A DNA stretch of 64,000 bases from an uncultured Gemmatimonadales bacterium (GCA_963795085.1 CAWCFX010000001.1:1152001-1216000), one strand, 5' to 3'; positions 1 to 9,991 are shown, counted from the first letter of the stretch. Made by a program: numbers and translations. The notes: generated by a model not told the origin, from the letters alone.

Positions 1-33
1 GTCCCGGCCGGGTTATCTTCGCAGCAGTCAATG

Positions 34-193
34 AAGCGGGGCCCTATCGCCCCCACCCCAACGCCGCGGGCCGATCCTGGCCGATACGCGTGTAACCGGG
101 TCCGAAAACGCCACCCAATGGGCGCTACGCGCTACGGTGTGGCCTGTGTCGGACATCCGGTCGGGTAGGTTTCCCGGATGTCCGTTTTCTTTT
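34..193 (+). promoter_or_regulatory. Putative L20 (infC-rpmI-rplT) leader / transcription attenuator
   Basis: AAGC-GGGGC-cctatc-GCCCC-CACC (34-57) mirrors the AAGC-stem-CACC core of L20 leaders. An 11-bp hairpin (150-160/174-184) is followed by TTTTCTTTT. TATCTT, a -10-like hexamer, lies at 14-19. Confidence 0.55.
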
Positions 194-215
194 GCCCCTG
201 AAGCGGAGGCCATAA

Positions 216-737
216 CTGTCCACCAACGAGCGTGAAAAGCGGGTTCGGGTCAATCGCCAGATCCGAATCAGCCCGGTCCGCGTGATCACCAACACTGGCG
301 AGCAGTTGGGCGTGCTGCCGATTGACCAGGCCCTGGCGGCGGCCGAGGAACGTGGATTGGACCTGGTGGAAGTCGCCCCCCTGGCGCGGCCCCCCGTGGT
401 CAAGATCATGGACTACGGAAAGTTCAAGTTCGAAGAGGCCAAGGCGGCCCGGGCCGCCAAGAAAAAGCAGCACATCATCCTGCTCAAGGAAGTGAAGTAC
501 CGGCCCGGCATCGACGATCATGACTTCGAGTTCAAGACCCGCCATGCGCGCGAGTTCCTGGGCGAAGGTAACAAGGTCAAGGTCACCATGATGTACCGGG
601 GCCGGCAGATGGCCCACATCGAGCTGGGCAAGGCGGTGCTGGACCGGGTGGCGGCCGACCTGGCCGACATCGGCAAGATCGAAATGGAAGCCAAGCTGGA
701 AGGCCGGAACATGACAATGGTCCTGGCCCCCAAATAG
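216..737 (+). CDS. infC: Translation initiation factor IF-3 (non-canonical CTG start)
   Basis: IF3 motifs ([33 protein letters not shown]). The frame extends upstream of 282 through [13 protein letters not shown] to CTG at 216, which follows an in-frame TAA at 213-215. GGAGG at 205-209. Confidence 0.95.
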   Translation: MSTNEREKRVRVNRQIRISPVRVITNTGEQLGVLPIDQALAAAEERGLDLVEVAPLARPPVVKIMDYGKFKFEEAKAARAAKKKQHIILLKEVKYRPGIDDHDFEFKTRHAREFLGEGNKVKVTMMYRGRQMAHIELGKAVLDRVAADLADIGKIEMEAKLEGRNMTMVLAPK

Positions 738-783
738 CCGGACGGACCACCGGGCAGCACGACCCCAAGGGAGAGAAGCAGAA

Positions 784-978
784 ATGCCGAAAATGAAGAC
801 CAAGCGGGCGGCCATGAAGCGCTTCAAGAAAACCGGCACCGGGAAGCTCAAGCGCTGGCACGCCAACCATTCCCACATCCTGACCAAGAAGAGCCGCAAG
901 CGGAAGAACAAGCTGCAAAAGTCCGATCTGGTCAGCTCCGCGGATTTCCCCCGCGTCAACCGACTCCTGCAGGCGTGA
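784..978 (+). CDS. rpmI: 50S ribosomal protein L35
   Basis: [21 protein letters not shown]...HILTKKS; operon position. Confidence 0.98.
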   Translation: MPKMKTKRAAMKRFKKTGTGKLKRWHANHSHILTKKSRKRKNKLQKSDLVSSADFPRVNRLLQA

Positions 979-989
979 GGGATACCTAA

Positions 990-1346
990 ATGCCACGCGT
1001 AAAGAACGGACCCGCGCACCACGCGCGCAAAGCCAAGATCATGAAGGCCGCCAAGGGGGCCCGCGGCGGACGCAGCAAGCTGTACAAGGCCGCCAAGGAG
1101 ACGGTCGAGCGCGGCATGCGCTACGCCTACCGGGACCGGCGCAAGAAGAAGGGCGAGTTCCGGATGCTCTGGATCACCCGGATCAACGCCGCCGCCCGGA
1201 TCCACGGCCTCTCCTACAGCCGGATGATGAGCGGTCTCCGCAAGGCCGGGCTGGACATCAACCGGAAGATGCTGGCCGACCTCGCGGTGCGCGATGCCGG
1301 CGCCTTTGCCAAGTTTGCCGAGGTGGCCAAGGGCCAGCAGAACTAG
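990..1346 (+). CDS. rplT: 50S ribosomal protein L20
   Basis: MPRVK...YAYRDRR...FRMLWITRINAAAR...INRKMLADLAV. Confidence 0.98.
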   Translation: MPRVKNGPAHHARKAKIMKAAKGARGGRSKLYKAAKETVERGMRYAYRDRRKKKGEFRMLWITRINAAARIHGLSYSRMMSGLRKAGLDINRKMLADLAVRDAGAFAKFAEVAKGQQN

Positions 1347-1381
1347 CTCGGCGCCTGCACCGGGCCCCGAGGGGCGAAAAG

Positions 1382-1422
1382 AAAGGGGTCGCCCGCCGGC
1401 GGATGCGCGGTCGATCCCTTTT
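1382..1422 (+). terminator. Probable intrinsic terminator after rplT
   Basis: AAAGGGGTCG (1382-1391) pairs with CGATCCCTTT (1412-1421), with a GC-rich inner stem. Confidence 0.5.
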
Positions 1423-1606
1423 GGCTTGTAAAGCGCCTCACCGGCCGGGTTTTGACGAATGAGTTCCCTGGCAAAACCAGAGCCGCCAAAGCCTGGACGC
1501 ACGGAACACTGCACAAAATGGCTCAGTTACTTTGTTCGTTTCGTGTTTTGTCGTTGGCTGTTGTGTAAGCGCAGGATTTCCAGCGGCAACCTGGGGCACC
1601 ACGACA

Positions 1607-2728
1607 ATGTCACATGATGAGATCCTTGCCCGTCTTGAAACGCGGCTCGGGGCGCTTGCCGCCCTGGGGCACGAGGCCCTCGAAGCCGAGCACGTCGCCA
1701 TCCTGGGCCGGAAGCAGGGCGAACTCAACAACCTGCTGAAGAGCCTGGCCACGCTGCCCGCCGAGGAACGCCGCAGTGTGGGGGCCGCGGCCAATCAGCT
1801 GCGGCAACGGTTCGAGGCGGCCTTCGAGGCCCGCCGCGCCGACCTCAAGCATCAGTCGGAGACGGGCCGCCAGTCCGGGCTCGATCTGAGCATGCCCGGG
1901 CGGGAGCGGTTCGTGGGCGCGGAACACCCGGTGACCCGGGTGGTGGACGAGATCGCCGAGATTTTCCGGGAACTGGGCTTCGTCAGGGTGGTGGGCCCGG
2001 AGGCGGAGACGGAGTGGTACAACTTCATCGCCCTCAACTTCCCGCCCGATCACCCGGCGATGGACCTCCATGACACGCTCTACCTGGACACCGGTGACCG
2101 GCGCGCCCCGGGGCGGGACCGGCGGAAGAACCGGTCGTCCGGGGTAGGACCGCACGAAAAGCGGGAAACCGACCGCCGCGAGCTGCAGGGCGGCAGGGTC
2201 CTGCTCCGCACCCATACCTCGCCGGTGCAGATTCGCACCATGCTGGCGCACCGGCCGCCCATCCGGGTGATCATGCCCGGAATGGTGTACCGCAAGGACA
2301 CCTTCGACGCCTCCCACGCCCCCGCCTTCAGCCAGATCGAAGGCCTGGCGGTGGACGACAACATCACCTTCGTGGACCTCAAGGCCACGCTGACCCACTT
2401 CGCCCGCCGTTTCTTCTCGGCGGCGACCCGGGTCCGTTTTCGCCCCTCGTTCTTTCCCTTCACGGAACCGTCGGCCGAGATGGATGTCAGTTGCGGGCTC
2501 TGCGACGGCGCCGGTTGCCCCGCCTGCAAGGGCTCCGGCTGGATGGAAATCCTGGGCTGCGGCATGGTCCACCCCAACGTGCTGGAGACCTGCGGCATCG
2601 ACCCCGAGGTGTACTCCGGCTGGGCCTTCGGCATGGGCCCCCACCGGATCGCGATGCAGCGTTACGGCATCCGGGATATTCGATTGCTGTATGAGGGCGA
2701 TATGAGGTTCCTGAGCCAGTTTCGGTAA
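1607..2728 (+). CDS. pheS: Phenylalanine--tRNA ligase alpha subunit (with Arg-rich insertion)
   Basis: HPAMDLHDTLY, LLRTHTSPVQIR, FPFTEPSAEMD, GWMEILGCGMVHP, GWAFGMG; ATG 1607 chosen as start. Confidence 0.97.
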   Translation: MSHDEILARLETRLGALAALGHEALEAEHVAILGRKQGELNNLLKSLATLPAEERRSVGAAANQLRQRFEAAFEARRADLKHQSETGRQSGLDLSMPGRERFVGAEHPVTRVVDEIAEIFRELGFVRVVGPEAETEWYNFIALNFPPDHPAMDLHDTLYLDTGDRRAPGRDRRKNRSSGVGPHEKRETDRRELQGGRVLLRTHTSPVQIRTMLAHRPPIRVIMPGMVYRKDTFDASHAPAFSQIEGLAVDDNITFVDLKATLTHFARRFFSAATRVRFRPSFFPFTEPSAEMDVSCGLCDGAGCPACKGSGWMEILGCGMVHPNVLETCGIDPEVYSGWAFGMGPHRIAMQRYGIRDIRLLYEGDMRFLSQFR

Positions 2729-2763
2729 GCTGTGCAAGGCTAGTGGCGTAGTAGAGGTGAGAG

Positions 2764-2942
2764 CAACAACTGCGTCAACGCAGAGGGCACTGAGAGCAGC
2801 GGAGTTCGCGGAGAGATCGTCTATCCTCCGGATTCCAATGATCATGCTTTTGTACAAAGCATCTGAGTCGAGATCTCAACCCGCATGTTGATCTCTGCGC
2901 ATTCTGCGGCTCTCCCTGTCCTCTGCGTTAATGCTTTTGTTG
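2764..2942 (+). repeat. Long imperfect inverted repeat (empty copy of the GxxExxY-flanking element)
   Basis: Arm 2764-2818 pairs with arm 2890-2942. It shares AACTGCnnCAnCGCAGAGG with the arm at 30993. Confidence 0.85.
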
Positions 2943-2986
2943 AGGTTAAAATCTGTACGCAGGTTTGCCTAATAACACGGAGCTAG

Positions 2987-5356
2987 ATGAACATCTCCCG
3001 CATGTGGCTCGAAGCGTTCCTCCGCCGCCCGCTTGATTCGAAAGAGCTGGCGGCCAGGCTGGCCATGCTCGGCGCCCCGGTGGACGCCATCGAGCCGCTC
3101 AACCCCGGCCTCGAGGATATCGTCGTCGGCCTGGTCGAGGCCGCCGAGCCGCACCCCAACGCCGACCGGCTCAGGCTGTGCACCGTGAACGACGGCGCGG
3201 CCACGCACCAGGTGGTGTGCGGCGCGTCCAACGTGCTGGCCGGGAAGAAGTATCCTTTCGCACCACTCGGCGCGACGCTGCCCGGCGGCCTCAAGATTGA
3301 AAAGCGCAAACTCCGCGGCGTGGCCTCCGAGGGCATGCTCTGCTCGGCCCGGGAACTGGGCCTGGGCCAGGACCACGACGGAATCCTGGAGCTGGATACG
3401 CCCGCGCCGCCCGGCACCCGCCTGCTCGATGCCCTGCCGCTGGGTGACGAGCGCCTGGTGGTGGACGTCACTCCCAACCGGCCCGACCTGCTGGGTCACA
3501 AGGGAGTCGCCCGCGAACTGGCGCATTCCTATGGGAGCCCGTTTCGCCTTCCCGAAATACCGGGCGGGTCCGGCGATCCGGTGCCCTCGCCCCGTAAGGC
3601 CGAGGGCGACCAGGCGACGGTGGGCGGCGTCCGCATCCAGATCGAGGACCAGGAAGGCTGCCGCCGTTTTCTCGGAGCCGTTATCCGCGGCGTATCCGTG
3701 GGCCCCTCGCCGGCCTGGCTGGCCCGGCGCATCACCGCGGTCGGGATGCGGCCCATCAACAACGTGGTGGACGCGACCAACTACGTGATGTTCGAGTTGA
3801 ACCAGCCGGTGCATGCCTATGACATCGCCACGGTACGAGGCCCCGAGATCATCGTGCGGCGGGCCCGGATGGCGGAAACCCTGGTGACCCTGGATGACGT
3901 GAGCCGAACCCTGGCCGGGGACATGACGATCATTGCCGACGCCGGCGGGCCGGTCGGCGTGGCCGGCGTGATGGGCGCGGCTCACGTCGAAGTAAGCCCG
4001 TCCACCACCGGCGTCTTCCTGGAATGTGCCTGGTTCGAACCACGTGGTATTCGCCGGGCCCGCCGGGCGCTTAACCTGAGCAGCGAGGCGAGTTACCGGT
4101 TCGAACGGGGCGTGGATCTCTGGAACGGTCCCGAAGTCATGCGCCGCTGCATCGAGATCATCCTGGCGACGGCGGGCGGCAGCCTGGCCGAGCCGCCGGT
4201 GGACCTGTTCCCCCAGGCGGTCCATCCGCCCCGGATCTTTCTCCGGCCTGCGCGGGTGACCCGCCTGCTCGGCGTTGAACTGCCCTGGGTCGAAATGGAA
4301 AAGGCGCTCGTGGCCATTGGCGCCACCGTGCTTTCCAAGCCGGACGATGCCCGGATCGCGGTGGACGTGCCCGGCTGGCGGCCTGACCTGCTCAAGGAGA
4401 TTGACCTGGTGGAGGAGGTCGCCCGGGTGTACGGGTACGACCGGTTTCCCTCCGAGTTGCGGCCCTACCGGGTGGGCGAGATCGAGGAATCCACATTGGA
4501 GCAGGCCGACACCCGGCTGCGCCGGGGCCTGGCCGCCCGGGGACTCTACGAAGTGATCACGCTTCCCATGGGGCCGGGGGCGGACGGCGATCACGTGCGG
4601 CTCGTCAACCCGCTGGCCTCCAACGAGTCCTTCATGCGGGCCGGGCTCCTGCCCGGCCTGGCCCGCCAGGTGGAACTCAACTGGCGGGAACAGGTCCGGT
4701 CGGTGCGGCTGTTCGAGGTCGGGACGGTCTTCCAGCCCGATGGGGTAGGGCAGGTTCCGGTCGAAACCCGGCGGGTGGCCGGGGTCCTGACCGGGCATCG
4801 GGAGCCGGAGCACTGGAGCGCGCCCGGGCCCGACCTGGATGCGTGGGACCTCAAAGGGATGTTCGCCGCCGCGCTGTCACTGGCGGTTCCGGCCGCTACC
4901 GTGCAAGTTGAAGGCAACGCTTGGGTTGGGGTAACCCCGAGCGGCCAGGTGGTGGGGCGCGCGGAACGCCTGGCCGCCGATGCGCCGCCGTGGGCCGCGC
5001 CCCTCTTCGGGTTTGAAATCGACATCGATCCGGCGCCCCCGGCGGCACCTTCGGTCCGCCCCCCGGCGGCGACCCCGGCGTCGGAACGCGACCTGGCCCT
5101 GGTGGTGCCGGGGGACGTGACCGCCGCCCAGGTCCTGGATGGCGTGCGCCAGGCCGGCGGTGCGCTGCTGGAGTCCAGCCGGGTCACCGACGAATACCGG
5201 GGCGATAAACTCCCGGCGGGAATGCGCAGCATCGGGTTCCGCCTGGTGTTCCGGGCCTCCGACCGGACGCTGGCGAAGCCGGACGTGGACCAGGCCGTGA
5301 CCCGGATTCTCAAGCACCTGGAGAAAGACCTCCGTGTACACATACGAGCGACCTGA
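2987..5356 (+). CDS. pheT: Phenylalanine--tRNA ligase beta subunit
   Basis: HPNADRL, VVCGASN, SEGMLCS, TPNRPDLL, NNVVDATNYVM, RFERGVD, DLVEEVARVYGYD. Confidence 0.98.
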   Translation: MNISRMWLEAFLRRPLDSKELAARLAMLGAPVDAIEPLNPGLEDIVVGLVEAAEPHPNADRLRLCTVNDGAATHQVVCGASNVLAGKKYPFAPLGATLPGGLKIEKRKLRGVASEGMLCSARELGLGQDHDGILELDTPAPPGTRLLDALPLGDERLVVDVTPNRPDLLGHKGVARELAHSYGSPFRLPEIPGGSGDPVPSPRKAEGDQATVGGVRIQIEDQEGCRRFLGAVIRGVSVGPSPAWLARRITAVGMRPINNVVDATNYVMFELNQPVHAYDIATVRGPEIIVRRARMAETLVTLDDVSRTLAGDMTIIADAGGPVGVAGVMGAAHVEVSPSTTGVFLECAWFEPRGIRRARRALNLSSEASYRFERGVDLWNGPEVMRRCIEIILATAGGSLAEPPVDLFPQAVHPPRIFLRPARVTRLLGVELPWVEMEKALVAIGATVLSKPDDARIAVDVPGWRPDLLKEIDLVEEVARVYGYDRFPSELRPYRVGEIEESTLEQADTRLRRGLAARGLYEVITLPMGPGADGDHVRLVNPLASNESFMRAGLLPGLARQVELNWREQVRSVRLFEVGTVFQPDGVGQVPVETRRVAGVLTGHREPEHWSAPGPDLDAWDLKGMFAAALSLAVPAATVQVEGNAWVGVTPSGQVVGRAERLAADAPPWAAPLFGFEIDIDPAPPAAPSVRPPAATPASERDLALVVPGDVTAAQVLDGVRQAGGALLESSRVTDEYRGDKLPAGMRSIGFRLVFRASDRTLAKPDVDQAVTRILKHLEKDLRVHIRAT

Positions 5357-5642
5357 TTTCCGCGCGCTGGACGAGCTGGAGCAGCTGCTGCGGCACGTGG
5401 GAGAGGAACTGGCGGCCTGGCGGCGGCGGTCCCTCAAGGCGGAAGCCGAGCTGCAGGAGTACCGGTCCAAGGGGAGCGGCCCCGCGGGGCCCGAGCTGCT
5501 GCAGGCCCGGCAGCGGGTGATCGAGGTCGAAATGGAGAACCAGCAGCTGCGACTCCGCATCGAGGCGGCCCGGGAGCGGGTCGCCACCATCGAGAGCCGG
5601 CTGACTTTCCTGTCTCAGGAGCGGGAGGACGGCGCCGCGTGA
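5334..5642 (+). CDS. Coiled-coil protein, ZapB-like
   Basis: Heptad-rich 102 aa ORF between pheT and zapA, overlapping both. Confidence 0.7.
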   Translation: MYTYERPDFRALDELEQLLRHVGEELAAWRRRSLKAEAELQEYRSKGSGPAGPELLQARQRVIEVEMENQQLRLRIEAARERVATIESRLTFLSQEREDGAA

Positions 5643-5965
5643 ATCCCAACAAGCACGCGGTGAAGGTGACGATCGGCGGCGAAGAGTACACCGTCAAGTC
5701 GGAGCTGCCGCCCGAGTATACCAAGGAGGTCGCGGCCTACGTGGACGCCGCCCTCAAGCGGGTCAAGGACATGGTCCCCATGGTGGAGAGCCACAAGGCC
5801 GCCATCCTGGCGGCGCTGGCCATCACCGACGAACTGTTCCAGGCCCGGCGGGGCGATCGCGAGATGGCCGCGCGGCTCAACACCGTCGCGGACGACCTTG
5901 CGCGCCTGCTGCCGCCCGCCAAGCGGGGCAGCCGCGCCTCCGGGACTTTCTCCATGAACGAATAG
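5639..5965 (+). CDS. zapA: Cell division protein ZapA
   Basis: VKVTIGGEEYTVK...VAAYVD...AILAALAITDEL; pheT-zapA-rny synteny. Confidence 0.9.
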   Translation: MNPNKHAVKVTIGGEEYTVKSELPPEYTKEVAAYVDAALKRVKDMVPMVESHKAAILAALAITDELFQARRGDREMAARLNTVADDLARLLPPAKRGSRASGTFSMNE

Positions 5966-6025
5966 GGCAACACCATCCCGTCTCCCGACACCCCGGCGGT
6001 GCCGTCCGCCTGTTGGAGATAAATC

Positions 6026-7660
6026 ATGCTGCAACAAAACCTCCTCTTTCTTCTCGGCGGGTTGGCCGCGGGATTGTTGCTGGCCACCCTCGCCTCCCTG
6101 GCATATCACCGGGTCAAAGGCAGCACCGCCGCCGCGATGCTCAGCGCCGCCCGCGCCGACGCCGCCCGGATCCAGGTCGATGCCCGCCACGCGGCGGAGC
6201 GGACGGTGGCCGACTCGGCCCGCGAAATCGAAACCGTGCGGGCCGGCGCCCTGGTCGAGGGCAAGATGGCCACCCTCAAGCTCCGCGAAGAAGTCGAGCG
6301 GGAGGCCGCCAAGCGGAGGGAGGAACTCGACCGGCTCGATAAGCGGGCGCTGGAACGGGAACAGTCCCTGGACCGCCGGGGCCAGGAACTCAAGGAGCAG
6401 GAAAACCGGAACGCCGCCCGCGACGGCGATCTCCGCAAGCGAAGCCAGGAACAGGATGCGCGGCACCAGGTCCTGGAGGCTCGGCAGCAGGAACTGGAGA
6501 AGCTGGAGGGCGAGGAGCGCCGGCGGCTGGAGCGGGTGGCGGGTCTCTCGGTCGAAGATGCCCGGAGAGAGTTGATGCAGAAGGTCGAGGACCAGGCCCG
6601 CGGGGAGGCCGCGGCGCTGGCCCGGGACATCAAGGAACAGGCCCGCCGGTCGGCGGACAAGGACGCCAAGCGCATCCTGTCCATGGCCATCCAGCGGATT
6701 GCCGCCGAGCATACCGCGGAGAGCACCGTGGCCGCGGTCACCCTGCCCAATGACGAGATGAAGGGCCGCATCATCGGCCGGGAAGGCCGGAACATCCGCG
6801 CCTTCGAAACCGCGACCGGCGTGGACGTCATCATCGACGACACACCCGATACCGTGGTCATCTCCTGTTTCGATCCGATTCGCCGGGAAGTGGCCCGCCG
6901 GGCGCTGGAGGCGCTGATCGCCGATGGCCGGATCCATCCCGGCCGGATCGAGGAGGTGGTGCTCAAGCTGCAGGCCGAGATCGACGCCCAGCTGGTCGAA
7001 CTGGGGGAACAGGCCGCCTACGATGCCGGGGTCAACGGTCTCCATGCGGAGCTGATCAAGCTGATCGGCCGGATGCGCTACCGCACCTCGTACGGCCAGA
7101 ACCTGATGGAGCATTCCAAGGAGGTCGCCTGGCTGGCCGGCATCATGGCGGCGGAACTGAAAGTGGATGTCACCCTCGCCCGGCGGGGCGCGTTGCTCCA
7201 CGACATCGGCAAGGTGCTGACCCACGACCACGAGGGAACCCATGTCGAGCTGGGCGTGGAGGTGGCCCGCAAGTATGGCGAGAGCGCCCCGGTGATCAAC
7301 TGCATCCAGGCCCACCACGACGACGTGCCGCACGAGAGCACCGAGTCGGTGCTGGTGCAGGCGGCCGATGCCATCAGCGGCTCCCGCCCCGGCGCCCGGC
7401 GCGAAGCCTTCGAGAGCTACGTAAAGCGGCTCACCCGCCTGGAAGAGATCGCCAACGGCTTCGAGGGCGTCGAGAAGACCAGCGTCATCCAGGCGGGCCG
7501 CGAGATCCGGGTCGTGGTCCGGCCCGAGAAGGTGGACGATCTCGCCGCGCTGAGCCTGTCCGAAACCATTGCCCGCCGCATCGAAGGCGAGCTGCAGTAT
7601 CCCGGCCAGATCAAGGTGGTGGTGATCCGGGAAACCCGCGCCACAGACTACGCCCGGTGA
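6026..7660 (+). CDS. rny: Ribonuclease Y
   Basis: N-terminal TM helix, coiled coil, KH ([13 protein letters not shown]) and HD (LLHDIGK) domains. Confidence 0.97.
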   Translation: MLQQNLLFLLGGLAAGLLLATLASLAYHRVKGSTAAAMLSAARADAARIQVDARHAAERTVADSAREIETVRAGALVEGKMATLKLREEVEREAAKRREELDRLDKRALEREQSLDRRGQELKEQENRNAARDGDLRKRSQEQDARHQVLEARQQELEKLEGEERRRLERVAGLSVEDARRELMQKVEDQARGEAAALARDIKEQARRSADKDAKRILSMAIQRIAAEHTAESTVAAVTLPNDEMKGRIIGREGRNIRAFETATGVDVIIDDTPDTVVISCFDPIRREVARRALEALIADGRIHPGRIEEVVLKLQAEIDAQLVELGEQAAYDAGVNGLHAELIKLIGRMRYRTSYGQNLMEHSKEVAWLAGIMAAELKVDVTLARRGALLHDIGKVLTHDHEGTHVELGVEVARKYGESAPVINCIQAHHDDVPHESTESVLVQAADAISGSRPGARREAFESYVKRLTRLEEIANGFEGVEKTSVIQAGREIRVVVRPEKVDDLAALSLSETIARRIEGELQYPGQIKVVVIRETRATDYAR

Positions 7661-8544
7661 GCGCCCGGGTCATTGACGGCGTCGCCCTCGGCAAGGCGAT
7701 CCGCGCCGAGGTCGCCGCCGAGGTGGCCGGGCTCCGCCGGCAGGGGATCATCCCCGGCCTGGCGGTGGTGCTGGTCGGCGAGAACCCGGCGAGCCAGGTC
7801 TATGTGCGCAGCAAGGGCAAGGCCTGCGAAGAGGCCGGCATGCACTCGGTCACCCTCCGGCTGCCGGCGGAGACCAGCGAGGCCGAGCTGCTGGCCACCG
7901 TGGACCGGCTCAACGCCGATCCGGCCATCCACGGCATGCTGGTGCAGCTGCCGCTGCCCAGGCATATCAACAGCGACAAGGTGATTCACCGGATCAGCCC
8001 GGCGAAGGATGTGGACGGATTTCACCCGGTCAACGTCGGTAAACTGGTGCTCGGGGATCCGACCGGGTTCCGGCCGGCCACGCCGTACGGCGTGCAGCAG
8101 ATGCTGATCCGCTCCGGCGTGGAAACAAAAGGCGCCCACGTCGTGGTGGTGGGCCGCTCGGCCATCGTGGGCAAGCCGATGGCCAGCCTGCTGATCCAGG
8201 ACGGGCCGGGCGGCAACGCCACCGTCACCGTCTGCCATTCCCGCTCCCGGGACCTCCCGTCCATCACCCGGGGCGCCGACATTCTGGTGGTCGCCATCGG
8301 CAAGCCGGAGTTCGTCACCGGCGGCATGGTCAAGCCGGGCGCGGTGGTGATCGACGTCGGCATCAACCGGGTGGACGATGCCGCCCAGCCCAGAGGCTAC
8401 CGGCTCTGCGGCGACGTGAACTACGCCGAAGCGGCCGAGGTCGCCTCCGCCATTACCCCGGTACCGGGCGGCGTCGGCCCGATGACGATCGCGATGCTGC
8501 TCCGGAACACCCTGCAGGGAGTACAGCAGGCGATTCGCGATTAG
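7657..8544 (+). CDS. folD: Methylenetetrahydrofolate dehydrogenase/cyclohydrolase
   Basis: [29 protein letters not shown]. Confidence 0.97.
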   Translation: MSARVIDGVALGKAIRAEVAAEVAGLRRQGIIPGLAVVLVGENPASQVYVRSKGKACEEAGMHSVTLRLPAETSEAELLATVDRLNADPAIHGMLVQLPLPRHINSDKVIHRISPAKDVDGFHPVNVGKLVLGDPTGFRPATPYGVQQMLIRSGVETKGAHVVVVGRSAIVGKPMASLLIQDGPGGNATVTVCHSRSRDLPSITRGADILVVAIGKPEFVTGGMVKPGAVVIDVGINRVDDAAQPRGYRLCGDVNYAEAAEVASAITPVPGGVGPMTIAMLLRNTLQGVQQAIRD

Positions 8545-8594
8545 CGTGGTCAGCCCATGACTGATCGCCAATCTGCCTGACTGGTTGCCCGCCT

Positions 8595-9749
8595 ATGTCG
8601 CATTCGCTGCCCCTCTTCGATGCCCCCCTCGATGGCGCCGTGTCGGTGACCGCGGTCGCCCGGGCCGCCCGCCGGTCCATCGAGGGAAACCTGGGGCCGC
8701 TCTGGATCCGGGGCGAGGTCTGCGGGCTGAAGGCCTATTCCTCGGGCCACTGGTATTTCTCGATTCGGGACGCGGAATCCCAGATTCGCTGTGTGATGTG
8801 GCGGACCTATGCCCAGCAGGTACGGCCCCGGCCGGAGGAAGGCACCGAGGCGTTTATCTTTGCCAGCCCGACCGTGTGGGAGGAGAAGGGCGAGTTCCGG
8901 CTCAACGTGACCCGGATGATCCCCACGGCGGGAATCGGCGGCCATTCGAAAGAGTACGAGCGGGTCAAGGCGCTGCTGGAAGCCGATGGACTGTTTGATC
9001 CGGCGCGGAAGCGCCCGCTTCCCGACATGGCCACCTGTATCGCGGTGGTCACCAGCACCGACGGGGCGGCGCTCCGGGACATCGTGACCGTCACCCGGAA
9101 ACGGTGGCCCGCGGTGCGGCTCATCGTGGTGCCGGCCCGGGTCCAGGGCGAGACCGCGGAGGCCGAGCTGGTCCAGGCGCTCGGCCGGGTAAACCGGATC
9201 CGGCCCGCGGAACTGTGCATCATCGGCCGGGGCGGGGGCGCCAAGGAGGACCTGCTGGTCTTCAACCGCGAGTCGGTGTGCCGGGCGCTGGCGGAAGTGC
9301 GCATCCCCACCATCTCGGCGGTGGGGCACGAGACCGATGTGACCCTCAGTGACTTCGTGGCCGACGTGCGGGCCGCCACCCCCTCGGCCGCCGCCGAGAT
9401 GGCGGTGCGGGACCGCAACGAGATCGACGCCCGGGTGCAGACCATCGCGTCCCGGCTGGCGAACGGGCTCACCCGCCATACCCGGGTGACCGCGGAACGG
9501 CTGCACCGCACCGACGACCGGATGCTGGCCGCGGTGACCCGCCACCGGGAGCACCACCACCGCCGCCTGGACCAACTCGGCTCCCAGCTCGATGCGCTGA
9601 GCCCGTTGCGGGTGCTGGAGCGGGGGTACAGCGTGGCGCGGAACGGCGAAGGGCGGGTGCTGCGCCGTTCGGCCGATTTTTCGCCGGGACTTTCTTTTAC
9701 CCTGCGGGTCCAGGACGGCGACGTCCCGGCCCGCGTGAACGACCTATGA
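8595..9749 (+). CDS. xseA: Exodeoxyribonuclease VII large subunit
   Basis: SGHWYFS, GRGGG, SAVGHETD, ATPSAAAE, LSPLRVLERGYS. Confidence 0.96.
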   Translation: MSHSLPLFDAPLDGAVSVTAVARAARRSIEGNLGPLWIRGEVCGLKAYSSGHWYFSIRDAESQIRCVMWRTYAQQVRPRPEEGTEAFIFASPTVWEEKGEFRLNVTRMIPTAGIGGHSKEYERVKALLEADGLFDPARKRPLPDMATCIAVVTSTDGAALRDIVTVTRKRWPAVRLIVVPARVQGETAEAELVQALGRVNRIRPAELCIIGRGGGAKEDLLVFNRESVCRALAEVRIPTISAVGHETDVTLSDFVADVRAATPSAAAEMAVRDRNEIDARVQTIASRLANGLTRHTRVTAERLHRTDDRMLAAVTRHREHHHRRLDQLGSQLDALSPLRVLERGYSVARNGEGRVLRRSADFSPGLSFTLRVQDGDVPARVNDL

Positions 9750-9982
9750 CCGATCCATCCGCGACACCGGTGTCCCTGCAGGACGAACTCCGCCGGCTGG
9801 AGGAAATCGTCCGCCGCCTGGAGACGAATGATCTCGACCTCGATGCCGCGCTGGCCCTCTTCGAGGAAGGCATCACCCGGCTCCGCGGCGCCCGGGAGCG
9901 GCTCCAGGACGCCGAGGTGCGAATCCAGCGGGTGCTGGAGCGGGCGGACGGCACCCTGGAACTGCGCAATATGAAGGAGTAA
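9746..9982 (+). CDS. xseB: Exodeoxyribonuclease VII small subunit
   Basis: LRRLEEIVRRLE...LDAALALFEEG. Confidence 0.95.
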   Translation: MTDPSATPVSLQDELRRLEEIVRRLETNDLDLDAALALFEEGITRLRGARERLQDAEVRIQRVLERADGTLELRNMKE

Positions 9983-9991
9983 GGCCGGCCG

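Noticed and set aside
1588..1603. T-box-like AACCTGGGGCACCACG before pheS
   Set aside because: It lacks the UGGN bulge (GGTGG), abuts the start codon, and has no downstream terminator or recognisable stem I.
5966..6025. 6S RNA expected between zapA and rny
   Set aside because: The spacer is only 60 nt, too short for a ~180-nt 6S RNA.
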